This document shows positions 11,660-23,099 of a stretch of 64,000 nucleotides of DNA, piece after piece (within the stretch, counting starts at the first letter, position 1; each line of letters starts with the position of its first letter). A model generated the notes under the pieces. That model searched no databases. It saw only the letters and a list, made by a program, of their open reading frames with translations, and was not told the DNA's origin. The stretch covers positions 110,672,001 through 110,736,000 of the forward strand of contig CM059431.1 of NCBI GenBank assembly GCA_030390025.1, given 5' to 3'. Both the position numbers and the translations under genes were made by a program. Source of the stretch: Squalus acanthias. Taxonomy: Eukaryota.

Positions 11660-12350
11660 TTTATTTATTCGTTCATGGGATCTGGGCATCGCTGGCAAGG
11701 CCAGCATTTATTGCCGATCCCTAATTGCCCTTGAGAAGGTGGTTGCGAGCCACCTTATACAACTGAATGGCTTGCTAGGCCATTTCAGGGGGCAGTTAAG
11801 AGTCAACCACATTGCTGTGGGTCTGGAGTCACATATAGGCCAGACCGGGTAAGGACGGCAGATTTCCTTCCCTAAAAGGACATTAGTGAACCTCTCTCTT
11901 TCTCTTAGGCAGTCCCTCGGAACCGAGGATGACTTGCTTCCACATTAAAAATGAGTTCGCAGGTGACTGATGAGTCCAATGCGGGACCTACAGTCTCTGT
12001 CACAGGTGGGGCAGACGGTGGTTGAAGGGGCGGGTGGGTGGGGTGCTTGGGTTGACGTGCGCTCCTTGCGCTGCCTGCGCTTGGCTTCCGCTTGCTCCCG
12101 GCGAAGAGACTCGAGGTGTTCAGCGCCTTCCCGGATGCTCCTCCTCCACTTTGTGCGGTCTTGGGCCAGGGAATCCCAGGTGTCGGTGAACCAGATGGGC
12201 TTTTACAACAATCCGGTAGTTTCATGGTCACCATTACTGATACTAGCTTTCTATTCCAGATTTTAAAAAATATTTAATTAACTGAATTTAAATTCCCCAG
12301 CTGCCGTGGTGGGCTTTGAACTCATGTTCCCCAGATCATTAGTCCAGGCT
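11660..12350 (-). mobile_element. tRNA-derived SINE family B, sharing its 3' tail with the second LINE family, split by an RTE insertion
   Basis: B-box-like gagttcaaagccc on the minus strand; colinear with 54200-54590; tail matches LINE end at 42270-42345. Confidence 0.75.
11893..12185 (-). mobile_element. RTE-clade LINE 3' fragment with 7-bp TSD
   Basis: GTGAACC at 11886-11892 and 12186-12192; minus frame DTWDSLAQDRTKWRRSIREG...CPTCDRDCRSRIGLISHLRTHF* resembles the RTE C-terminal C2H2 motif; AG-rich tail. Confidence 0.85.
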
Positions 12351-13084
12351 ATTGTTTAATGTTCATTAGAATTGCTATAAGTGCAATGCCCACCGCTATC
12401 ATGAGTAGGACAAGCAGTGTAGGACAAACTGAGACACCCAGGAGTGAAGACAGGACCAGCTGCTCTGAGGAGTCATTACTGAATGAACCAACTGGTGAGG
12501 GAGCCAAAAGGTGGCGAGCAAGAAGGTGAGAGTCTAGAACTAATTTATCAAGCAAGTGTTAGGTGATGGTCTGGTGATGTAATGACTCATAGAAGCACAG
12601 CTTAATTAATAAATTCAATCATTCATTTTGTTATTAATTGTAGACAGCAAATTATTGATTTATTTAATTTGTTTATAAAGTCTATACACCCAAACAGTAA
12701 TTTATTTAGTTAATATTAATTTAATTTTTATTAAATCTAACTGAAAATTATTCTAAAATTCAGTATTTTTAATTAATCAGTTCAGTCTGTAAGCATTCAG
12801 CAATATGTAATCAGATCCTGAGCTTACATGTGATTACTAGGGTGTCCACAGATAGTGAGCTGAACTGAAAGATGCCTGAAGTCCTAACATATGATGTGGG
12901 CACCCACTGTTTAAAGACTAAGGCAAGGTGCAGTTATTGAAGATAGCTCCAAGAATGGAGTACAGTCCTCAGGTAATGGGTAGATCTATAGCCGGGATCT
13001 ATCAACAGTGACCCAGGCATCCAATCAGGACAAGACTGAGGCAATCACAATCCAGTCAACTCGGCAACACCCTCCTCACTACCA

Positions 13085-14170
13085 TCTGGGGACTGCTGCC
13101 CAAGTTAGGAAAGTTGTCCCACAGACTAGTAAAGCAACAGCCAGGAATAGTGATACTTACTGATAGAGAAAGACTTGCATTTATATAGCACCTTTCACAA
13201 CCACCGGACGTCCCAAAGCGCTTTACAGCCAATGAAGTACTTTTGAAGTGTAGTCACTGTTGTAATATAGGAAATGCGGCAGCCAATTTGCACACAGCAA
13301 GGTCCCACAAACAACAATGTGATAATGACCAGATAATCTGCTTTTGTTGATTGAGGGATAAATATTGGCTCAGACACCAGGGATAACTCCCCTGCTCGTC
13401 TTCACAATAGTGCCACGGGATCTTTGACATCCACCTGAGAGAGCAAACAGGGCCTTAGTTTAATGTCTCATCTGAAAGACGGCTTCTCCGACAGTGCAGC
13501 ACTCCCTCAGCACTGCACTGGAGTGTCAGCATAGACGTTTGTGCTCAAGTCTCTAGAGTGGGACTTTATCCCAGAACCTTCTGACTCAGAGGCGAGAGTG
13601 CTACCAACTGAGCCACAGCTGATACTGACGTAGTCATACTCACTGAATAATATCTATCAGCCAACAATCTAGACTCCTCCATCACCATCCCTGGGTGTAT
13701 CCTAGCCCAGCGACAGGATAGACCCAACAGAAATGGTAGCACAGTGGTGAACATTCAGGTAGGCTTGGACCTGGGAGCCCTCAACATTGATTCAGGACCC
13801 CATGAAGTATTATGACAGAACGTCAAAAATATACAAGGAAGCCTCCTGATTGATTACCACCTTACCAACCCCAACCCTCAACTGTTGAATCAGTACTTAT
13901 CTATGTTAAACAGCACTTGGAGGATGTATTGAGGGAATCAAGGGGACAGTGTGTACACTGGGTGCGGATTTCAACGTCTACCACCAAGAGTGGCTCAGTA
14001 GTACCACCACTGTCCAACAAGGACATAGCTGCCAGAGTGGGTAGTGTCAGATAGAAAAAGAACCAATGTAAGGGAGTTACTAGCCTGATTTCGCTCTCAC
14101 CAACCTGTTGCAGACTCATCTGTCCACGACAGGACTGGTAGGCATGACAACCACACAACCCTTATGAAGA
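13085..14170 (+). pseudogene. Decayed APE-endonuclease region of the second LINE family, split by a SINE
   Basis: Remnants read LGKLSHRLVKQQPGIVILT / DSSITIPG..RQDRP / LNIDSGPHEV; degenerate duplication of about 17 bp around the SINE (13147-13163, 13630-13646). Confidence 0.55.
13165..13622 (-). mobile_element. Full-length SacSINE1-like SINE (tRNA head, Deu core, L2-like tail)
   Basis: Minus-strand head gtggctcagttggtagcac (A box) and full core; tail ggtgctatataaatgcaagtctttct. Confidence 0.85.
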
Positions 14171-16134
14171 CAAAGGGGTAGAAATTCATTATTGGGCCCA
14201 GAATTGCCACTCCACAGGCAGCGAGTGCTTCAGTTAAGGGCCCGAGGGTGGCCCAAATGGAGCCTCGGGCCTCATTTCAATAGTTCTGGTGAGTCTGCCG
14301 GGCAGCTCACCCATTTCATGTATCTAAATTCAGGTCACTTGCCTCAGCTAAGTGTTGGGGAGGGTGGCGGGGGGGGGGGGGGCAATCGTGGTGGGCAGGA
14401 ATGTCATGGAGCTAGGAGGAGAACTCCTGCTCCTCCTTGCTCCACGAGAACGTAAAAAAAAAAAAATTAAAAATATGCCTTTGGCCACAGCCACTTGCTA
14501 TCCACACCCAACATTCAAGGCAGCCCAATTTCCCCAGAGGGGTCCTAAATCAGGTGTTAGGCCCCTCATTAGCATAGGCACGGTGGCCAAATGCCTATCT
14601 CTGGTGCTGTAATGGTCAGAAAAGGTGGCCAGTCGGTAATTACTGATGCACTGTCCGACCCAATTTAAATAAAGGTTGTCTCTCTGTGGAGAACAGCATT
14701 AAACTGCGAGGGAATATTATTTGCACAGTTGTGACTCGTCCTAAGCATACATCCACTGCTGATGGCAAATGGCATTAGAATCTCTGCTTCTGTTCGTTTC
14801 AGTGCATTCCCCTTTCAGGCATATTTGCTGGCCACTCACTAATGGCTGCACCTGTCAGTCAATGAAGGAGCTTTGGGTCCTGGGGATTATAATGCCATGC
14901 TAGACTACTCCCGCCCATCAGTCTTGATCTGCTGTACACAAAACAGCAATATGCTCCCTTTGCAGTGCCCAGATGCATTCAGCCAACTACAGATGATACA
15001 CCTGCCCCCTCCCCCTTAACTGCTGTGTGTGTTGCATACAAGAATGTATTCCTTGCTTGTCTTTTGTGCGAACAGGCTGCGCTCACTGCCAACTGAAATT
15101 GGCAAGCCCCAGATGGCAATCAGGGCTGACTGATGCAATCATAGCCACTGTGGGACAGCGTCAAGCCAAGCTGAAATGAATGGCTGGCTGATCAATACAA
15201 GGCGACAGGCCAGTGCAGGAAAACCTGCCCTTCAATGAACCATTGCTGACCTCAAAAGTATGGATGATTTAATGAACTTGCAGTTACTCGCCCCCTCCCA
15301 TAAAAATAACACGCCCCTGCCACAAAGAGACCATGCATTTGCTGTCGGTTTTTGCAAAAGGTTTAAGAATGTAGAGAGAATAATGTTATGTTGCTAGAGG
15401 ATTAAATGTCCCTATTTTATGACGAATAAAATGAGAGGAACGATTCAGCTTTACGGGAAAATACTATAGTAGCAGCGGTGATTCACTGCATTGAGAGTAC
15501 GGGTTTGCAGAGCAGTTCCTATTCGATCCTCCCTCCTATTTTTTTCTCCCTTCCTGTCTCTCTATTGCGGAGGTTCCTTTTCTGAGGAATTTCTTTTATT
15601 TATTTCCCACCCCTTCTTCATAGCCACCTTGTTTTTTTCCTATCTCTCCTCAGCTGTCATGTACCGTTTGGTCCAGCTCTTTAACGCATCCCTACTGCCT
15701 GACTTGGGTGGAGTTTTACGATCATCAATGAACAGCTTATTTCCTTTGACCATTAGACCATCCTTTGAAGCCCATTCTTGTTTTGTTCTTTTGCCTCTGT
15801 TCTGAACACAATGGTGCCCCCACCTTTTGTCCCAGTTTCTGCAATGTCCCCCTTCAGTTCCAATCCTGGCAGTCACGAATTTGTGTCACAAGGTGATGGC
15901 TGAATATTTCATGAGGTCGGTGATATTGCTGTTCCATTTGGATCCACATTCAAGCGTGTAATTTATGAATGTGCCCTCCCAGCACACAGCTTCACCCAGA
16001 TAGGGAATTCAGAGGGTAGAGGTCAGCAGGCCTCACAGGATGCTCCATCGATTAAACTCTGCACCAGGCGCACAAATTCATAAATTATCCTGTTAAATGT
16101 CTTTGTATAATATTCTAGCGAGTCAACAAAAAGT

Positions 16135-16570
16135 CTTGGGATGTTTACGCCGTTGACAAGGCGGCATTTATGGCCCATCCCTAGTTGCCCTAAGAAAGTG
16201 GTGGCGTCCATGTGATGATGCTGTTCCCACAATGGTGTTAGGTAGAATTCTGACCCAACGATGATAAAGGAACGGCGATATATGTTCAAGTTAGGATGGT
16301 GTGCGGCTTCAAGGTGATACTGTCCCCAAAACTTTGCTGCTGCTGTTGTCCCTTTTGGTGGTAGAGGCCGCAAGGGAGGGAGGTGCTGTCGACATAATCT
16401 TGGCGAGTTGCTGCAGTGCATCCTGTAGATAGTACACACTACAGCAACCATGCGCCGGTGGTAGAGGGATGGATAGTGAGTCAACTGCAGGGGCACTGAT
16501 CAGGCAAACTGCTCTGTCCTGGATTTTCGAATATTGTTGCAAATATTCCATCACACTCCTGACTCAAGCC
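16135..16570 (-). mobile_element. Decayed 3' fragment of the second LINE family
   Basis: Translates to HRRMVAVVCTIYRMHCSNSPRL, matching 41696-42184. Confidence 0.75.
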
Positions 16571-16779
16571 GAGCAGACGGCTTTTCTCCTTAATTTTATG
16601 TACAAGCTCAATATGATATGATGTAAATTTTGTCATAGAGACAGCGCCATTTTCACTTTACTGCTTCGTGACATGATGACAAAAATTATGCCTCGCTCTT
16701 TTCTCTAAGTCAATTAAAATTATTCTGCCAAACATTCTTTCTTTTCATCCCTATTGTCACTCTTTCTGGCCCTGGAGGC

Positions 16780-17110
16780 AGTGATTAACGCTGGGGTAGA
16801 GTCCAATGGGTGCTGGCAGCACTTCATTACGTCGCTCAATTGGCCATTCTTCACATGTGAGCCCAGGCAGAGGGTATCATCTGGCTATTCAGTCATGGGG
16901 GGGCATGATAACAGAGCCCTTTCCTCTCTTTATCTGACATCATTGCTAACCAGGTGTAGAAACCCAGTCGAATGTTCCTCTCCCTCGCCCTAATGCTAAT
17001 TGCAAAGTCCCCACCACCAGCCTGGCGGAGATTAGCACAGATTAAGGATTGAACCTGCAACTTTCCTTGTCTGTATGGCTCACCACCACACCAAATGCTG
17101 CATTTACCTA
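16780..17110 (-). mobile_element. Old tRNA-SINE-like repeat, family C
   Basis: Minus-strand B-box ggttcaatcc; shares blocks with 8960-9160 and 53350-53660. Confidence 0.45.
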
Positions 17111-17144
17111 TTAATCCATTGTTGTGCTATTATTTCTCCTGTTC

Positions 17145-17780
17145 AACAACAACTTGCATTTATATAGCTCCTTTAACATTAGTAAAACATCCCAAGGTGC
17201 TTCACTGGAGCGTAATCAGACAAAACAATTGACACCAAGCCAAAGAAGGAGGCATTAAGACAGGTGACCAAAAGCTTGGTCAAAGAGGTCGGTTTTAAGG
17301 AGCATCTTAAAGGAGGAGAGAGAGGTAGAGAGGCGGAGAGGTTTAGGGAGGGAATTCCAGAGCTTAAGTCCTAGACAGCTGAAGGCACGGCCGCAAATGA
17401 TGGGAGGAAGTCGGGGTTGCACAAGAGGTCAGAATTGGAGGAGCGCAGAGTTCACGGAGGATTGTGGGGCTGGAGGAGGTGCCAGAGATAGAGAGGGGCG
17501 AGGCCATGGAGGGTTTTGAACACAAGGATGAGAATTTTCAATTTCAGGCGTTGGTCTACCGGGAGCCGATGTCAGTCAGCGAGCACAAGGATGATGGGGT
17601 GAATGGAACTTCACGCGAGTTAAGATACAGGCAGCAGAGTTTTGGATCAGCTCAAGTTTATGGAGGGTGGAAAGTAGGAAGCTGGCCAGGAGAGAATTAG
17701 AATAATCAAGTCTGGTGGTAACAAAGGCATGGATGAGGGCTTCAGCAACAGATGGGTTGAAGCAGGAGCAGGGCGGGCAA
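17145..17780 (-). mobile_element. L2-clade LINE 3' fragment
   Basis: (CAA)n tail on plus strand; decayed ORF2 C-terminus on minus strand. Confidence 0.75.
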
Positions 17781-18077
17781 TATTACAGAAAATGACTCTT
17801 TGAATTGTTAGATGATGCACTGGTAGACATGTTAATGCATGCATAGAAAGGTAACAAACGTATGCACATGTATGTGTTTATATCTATTATAGAGTCTGGA
17901 GTTTTCTTGAAAGGAAGCTCAGATCCAATTAGTTCCCAATCTATGGTCTCAATAAAACTGAAGTCTATGTACAGTAGTACCATATTTATAAAGACACAGA
18001 AAGCTGAGTCACTGTCAAATTCCATAAGCACTGTTGAATTTCTTATAATGGGAATCAATGCTGTTTTCTATATATGT

Positions 18078-18200
18078 TAGGCTGACCATACGTCCCCGTT
18101 TTCTGGGGACAGTCCCCGGATGAGGTACTGTGCCCCCGGGCAAACAACGTCCTCGGAAGAGTCCCCGGTTCAGAAAACTTGTCCCCGTTATAGAGAGTCA
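18078..18200. mobile_element. hAT (Blackjack-like) terminus with GTCCCCG subterminal repeats
   Basis: taggctgaccatacgtccccg followed by several gtccccg motifs; possible degenerate partner end at 21978-22005. Confidence 0.5.
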
Positions 18201-18762
18201 TTGTTTTTTTTTTAAACGGGAATGTACAGAAACCCCGGGGGTGGGGGAGATTCTCGGCCCGTTCCCGCCCGGTTTGAGCTCAGAAACGGATTCCAGGAGC
18301 CGGTTGAACGGAGGCGACGATGGTGGCCCCGCCTTCCCACAATGCAGCGCGGCGGAGAAAAGGCCCCATCGATAGCTCGGACCGCACTGCACTCTGGGGG
18401 ATTGAGTCACCTGACCCCGTGTTTCTGCCAATAGTGACTGGCCGGAGAGCGGAACCTTTAAAATGCTCGGGAGAAGCCGAGGGCGCAGCGAGAGCTGGTG
18501 GGTGAGTGGATTTACTTTACCTCAGATTAGTATGGTGCATGGTGTGTTTTTTTTAACTGAATAAGGCAAGCTCTAAATTCTCCCACTGGGAAGAGGCTTC
18601 AGAATCCTTCTGAGACAGAGTGGGCTCGATTTTGCCAGTGTGGGCGGGCTGGGGCGTGTTAGGTGGCATTTGTGTCAGGACCTCGGCTCCGAAGTGAAGT
18701 GGGGAAAAAGTGCGATTTTCCCCTAATTGGGCAATTGATTTCCTGCGTGTGGGAACCCCTGG

Positions 18763-18827
18763 CCCAATGAGTCATTTCACACAGAAAGTCACCTCCGATG
18801 ACGTCATCAATGCTGCTGGATTTAAAG
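18763..18827 (+). promoter_or_regulatory. Putative promoter of the Myb-like gene
   Basis: CCAAT, AP-1 TGAGTCA (18768-18774), CRE TGACGTCA (18799-18806) and TTTAAA about 80 bp before the ORF; motif evidence only. Confidence 0.4.
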
Positions 18828-18901
18828 CCTGCAAGCAGCCTTGCTTCTTCTGGAGACTACAAAGTTTATGCTGATTGTAATAAGGACTTCATTGATCGAC
18901 T

Positions 18902-19141
18902 GTGTCCACCAGCAGGCCAAAGTGTGCTCCACGCTTCGATGAGCCCTCCCTCCAAGCTCTGGTGGAGGGAGCAAGATCGAATAAGGAGGTGCTCTTCCCT
19001 TCCTCAGGGAGAAAAAAGCCACCCCAGCAGACTAAAGCGGTGTGGATGCAAGTGGCCCAGGAGGTCAACTCCATATCGATGAGCCGCAGAACCTGGCTGC
19101 AATGCAGGAAGAGGTTTCATGACCTTCTCCGCACAGGAAAA
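18902..19141 (+). CDS. Harbinger Myb/SANT-like (trihelix) DNA-binding protein, exon 1; starts at GTG
   Basis: APRF..L..LVE...KEVLF....W.QVA.EVN...RTW.QCRKRF.DL pattern; donor AAA|GTGAGT, phase 0. Confidence 0.8.
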
Positions 19142-19463
19142 GTGAGTGTGACTTTCCCATCTCCCTCAATCTGATCCCCATCGCCTCTCCTCACCAGCAC
19201 TCTGCTTTGCCAACCTCTTCCTCCACATCCCACTTGACACTTACATCCCTGCACCCTTACCCATTCCCTTTCTCTGTATGGTCACATTCACTTAACTATT
19301 CGACCATGTAGCCCTCACACTCCCTATTACTGTGATGCAACAACAACAACAACTTACAACACACAGGGAGGGCTCTTTGTGTCCTTCTAAGCATCTATGC
19401 TATGCATTCTCTACACTCACTCCTTCATTCTCACTCAAACTCCACTTGTGTCCCTCATTGCAG

Positions 19464-19623
19464 GAAAAGAGAGCCCACAATAAGAGGGAAAGAGCCATGA
19501 CAGGAGGAGGGCCACCCTCAGTAGCCCAGCTCACCGCCTGGGAGGAGGCGGCCCTGGAAATCGCCGGGATCGAGGACAATTCCCAAGTGGGGGATGGGCA
19601 GACGGGCGCATCACAGCAAGCTG
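19464..19623 (+). CDS. Harbinger Myb/SANT-like protein, exon 2
   Basis: Acceptor ccctcattgcag; EKRAHNKRERAMTGGGPP...LTAWEEAALEI, with the TGGG motif typical after this domain; donor G|GTGACA, phase 1. Confidence 0.8.
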
Positions 19624-19799
19624 GTGACAGAATAGTTTGGCATCTCTCTCATTGACATTGCATGAGTCACTGATAATGATTCTGAGTCACTGATAATGAT
19701 TTTAATGCTCTAACAGATTGACTTATAATCACCTGCACTATTCAATGTGCATGTAACCTTGACCTCACATCTCTAACTCTTTCCTTTACTCCCCCACAG

Positions 19800-20815
19800 G
19801 ACCATCGAAAGCCCCCATTCCCACTGTCCAGGAGGAAGAGCCTGAGCTTCCAGACTCCTCAGAGGAAGCTGCAACCTCTGAGGGCGCAGCGTCAGCAGAA
19901 TTCAGCGCACCCAGCACCAGCACAGACACTCACACCTCGGTGGGACCTTCGCGAGATAGAGTAGTGTTAGCACCTGGTGTATCACAGCTCACAAGTGAGC
20001 ATCAGCAGATGGCAGAGACAGGGACAGCAGTGGAGAGTCCTCATCGGAGGGCGCAGGATTCTGCCCGCTCGACTCCGCTGCATGTTGACCCTGTGCCTCC
20101 GGGTCCATCCAGAAGGGGAGCGGTGCTGGTACTCCAGGAACAGGTGCAGGAGTCTCTGGCAGTTTTTGTCTCCAGGGTCGCTGCGAGTGTGGAGCGAATG
20201 GAGGAGTCCATCGCGAACATGAGCAGAGCCTTTGTGGAGGCATTGGCACATGAACGCATCACTGCGGAAAGGATGGCAACCTCCGTGGAAAGGATGGCTA
20301 CCTCTGTGGTAAGGCTGGCTACTGTAGAGGAGAGGATGGCTATAGTAGAGGAGAGGATGGTTACGGCCATGGAGGAGCTTAGTCACCAGGGTCTTGAAAA
20401 CATGGTCATTGTTCAGAATAGACTGACATCTCTTGAGGAGCAATGGTCAGCTATTGAGCAGCGAAACCAGAACTTCATGGAAGTCCTCTGGAGTAGGACT
20501 TCCAGTGCAGAAACGGGTCCTCATGGCCCCCCTGAAGTGCAGCAAGGTGCTGTCAAGCCACTTGCTAGCTCTGAAGTGGGGCTGACCCATGAGAGGGATT
20601 TTGGTGGCAGACAACAAGGAAGTGGGGGCTCCTCTCCATGCGCTCGCACGACCATGCCACTGCAAAGCCCTCGATCAGAGCCCCACCAGAGTCCTCACCC
20701 AACTGAGATGGGTGTCTCAGCCCCTGCACAGCCGCAGGAGCAGCAGACTGTTGCCGAGCCCTCACAGGTTCGCAACCCCAGAGGACACCCGCCAAAGGCA
20801 TTGAGACAGGAGTAG
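19800..20815 (+). CDS. Harbinger Myb/SANT-like protein, exon 3 (low-complexity and coiled-coil); probable ancestral stop at 20906-20908
   Basis: Acceptor ctttactcccccacag; phase-compatible with exon 2; spliced total 1416 nt = 471 aa plus stop. Confidence 0.75.
20258..20380 (+). repeat. 21-bp coding minisatellite (heptad repeat)
   Basis: ITAERMA TSVERMA TSVVRLA TVEERMA IVEERMV TAMEELS. Confidence 0.8.
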
Positions 20816-21164
20816 CAAGAAAGTGAGCAAGGGGCCTCCACATCTACTGAAGCCACAGGGGAAGCACCACGTAGGAGCACGCGCAAGAGGAAGATAAAGC
20901 ACAAGTAGTCACAAGGGTAGTCACTTGGGTGCTGTGATGTATTGTATTTGGACCAGCCATCCTTGTCATGGTATCAAACAGATTTGATGGCAAACTGTTG
21001 AAGTTGTGGCCTGTGTCATTTTGCAAATGGGACTTTCACATTGAGGGCTTAGGGCGACTTGCAATTGTCAGTATGGTGGTCAGAGTGATAGGAATCCGCA
21101 GGTTTTTGTCCATTGTCGATGCTCTGGTAAGAAGATGCGAGACAAAAGTGTTTGATTGTGCAGG

Positions 21165-21373
21165 CTAAGCAAATCTGGCCAACATGAGTATATCCCTTGC
21201 ATCCCGGGTAGCAATGTGGTCGCGCGCTGGCGCCTTCTGGCCTGTGCAGCTTCAGGTGGGTGAGCAGCAGCTTGGCGCTCCTGTTGATGCTCCTGCTGTT
21301 GGTGCTGCTGTTGCCGTGGCTGGTCTTCGTCCGAATCTGATGTCCAGGAGGAAAGGAAATAAATGGTTCCCAT
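21165..21373 (-). pseudogene. Harbinger transposase remnant: N-terminus joined out of frame to the C-terminal tip, catalytic core absent
   Basis: MGTIYFLSSWTSDSDEDQPRQQQ...AAQARRR, then in another frame DHIATRDARDILMLARFA*; expected position and orientation; assignment from remembered HARBI1-like termini. Confidence 0.6.
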
Positions 21374-23099
21374 GCTTCTGCTATATACCTCAGTTGAGGA
21401 AGCGCTCAGTCAAGGTAGGGAGAGGGGTTTCCCAGGAGGTCACACTGGAGATGGGTCTCAGGCTCCAAACTTCCACAACAATGAGTAGACCTGCTAAAAG
21501 ATCCCCCAGACCTGAGACAACAAAGTTCTGCCACCTGCAAATGATGATTGCTGAAAACTCCTTTTTAATGCAGCTGTTAGTAAGCAATCCACTTGTGAGG
21601 CCGCCAGGATTAACTGGCGTGTTCCAGAGGAGGCGTGCAGGACGTGGGAAATGTCTAAAAATCAGAAAGGCCTCTCAAAATGGGATTATAGAGGCAATTA
21701 AGTGGTTGTTAAGGGCCTTAAGGACCTATCCCTCCTCTTGGAGGCGGGATGGAAACGGGGTCTGAAACCTCGATTCTGGGAAAATTGCTCGGAGGCGGGA
21801 TGGAGGCGGGATCGGGCCCGCACGCCATTTTTTGCGATTTTAGCACCTCACACGCCTCCAAACCCGCCTCCTGGCTGCCTGGCAAAAATCGAGCCCAGGG
21901 TGTTTCACACCTTATATGGAAAATCTCAGTCTGTTTGGAACAGATTTATAATTGAAAAATTATAAGTTAGTGTATTTGGGGACGAGTATAGATGGTACAG
22001 CACTATTACCAGAAACACACGCAAGATTCGAGATTTGGTGTACAGTGAAAATGGCGTTGTCTCTATGCGTATTCCACTGGCAGAAGCAACTAAGTGGTCA
22101 CGTCGGTTTACTTGAAATGCGTCCTGGCTACTTTGCTGTGCTCCCACCCAGTGCGTCCCCGGATTCGGTTTAGAAAATAGTGTCACCCTAATATATCTAA
22201 ATAATCACAATATGGCTATTCTACTCGAGTAGAGAATATTTTAACCGACTTTACTGTTCAAAACACAGGATAACATTGCTTTCAATTTATTGGTGATAAA
22301 ATAGAACGTAATCCACCTATTAAATAACGTATTTCCTTTTGACAACATTGTGCATAGTTGCCAAACAAAACCTTTTTTCTTTTTTGTTAAATATTTGAAA
22401 AAATTCACACCATGAAGTCCTTAGAACACAGGACTGTTTCCTAAATAAGACTTGATAATCATTAATATTTATCTTTACTTCTAACACTAACCTTCTTGTT
22501 CTGATCAAAGTGAGGGACATCAGTGTTGGGGAATATAACGCTTTTCTACATGGTTTCCAAGGTCGAGGAATAGCTTTATATGGTGTAACTCTCCCTCTGC
22601 CCTGCCCCCATAAGTTCTTTATCCTTTTAAAAAAAATCATAGTACTGTATATAGGTAACATTTAAGCAAAACAATTGAGGGTCAGGATTTCAATAAAGTG
22701 GTGATACGACACCAGGAGTGAACATCCCTGAAGTATTAAATGAAGCTCTGCTTCAAAAAAGGACAATTCACAGTATGTGGAATAGGAACAACGCGTACAA
22801 CATAAGGCTTCCCAAAGGTTACCCATCCAAAACAGCAATTAACTACAAATCTGCCATTATATTTTTAACAATTTAATTTCTGAAGAGTATATTATACATT
22901 GTTGGCTTGAAGAAATTTTAGCATGTTAGGCTTTTTTAAAAATATACTTAAATTGGCATTCTAGGTGGTGGAATCATTAATATTGCGATTCTACTGTTAA
23001 TGGCTTATCAGTTATAATCAGCTGATCTCCTTTGGTGATGTTCAGACATTTTTTTTAAATTGTCTTTCTCCCTGTATATACCTCTCTACTTTTCTCCCA

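Larger units (their letters stand above)
18622..21896 (+). mobile_element. PIF/Harbinger-type transposon with Myb/SANT gene and deleted transposase
   Basis: TIRs GGGCTCGATTTTGCC / GGCAAAAATCGAGCCC; flanks AGT/AGG (imperfect 3-bp TSD); convergent two-gene layout. Confidence 0.85.

Noticed and set aside
11967..11995. Hammerhead-like CTGATGA-GTCC..GGAC
   Set aside because: Followed by CTAC rather than GAAA, and it is the antisense of RTE codons RSRIGLIS
13560..13622. tRNA gene
   Set aside because: It is the tRNA-derived head of a SINE; I could not fold a full cloverleaf
15491..16130. Short overlapping ORFs that might be a viral or gag remnant
   Set aside because: Multiple stops and no motif I can assign without a search
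21184..21765. 193-aa plus-strand ORF
   Set aside because: Antisense to the transposase remnant and its upstream region; no recognisable domain
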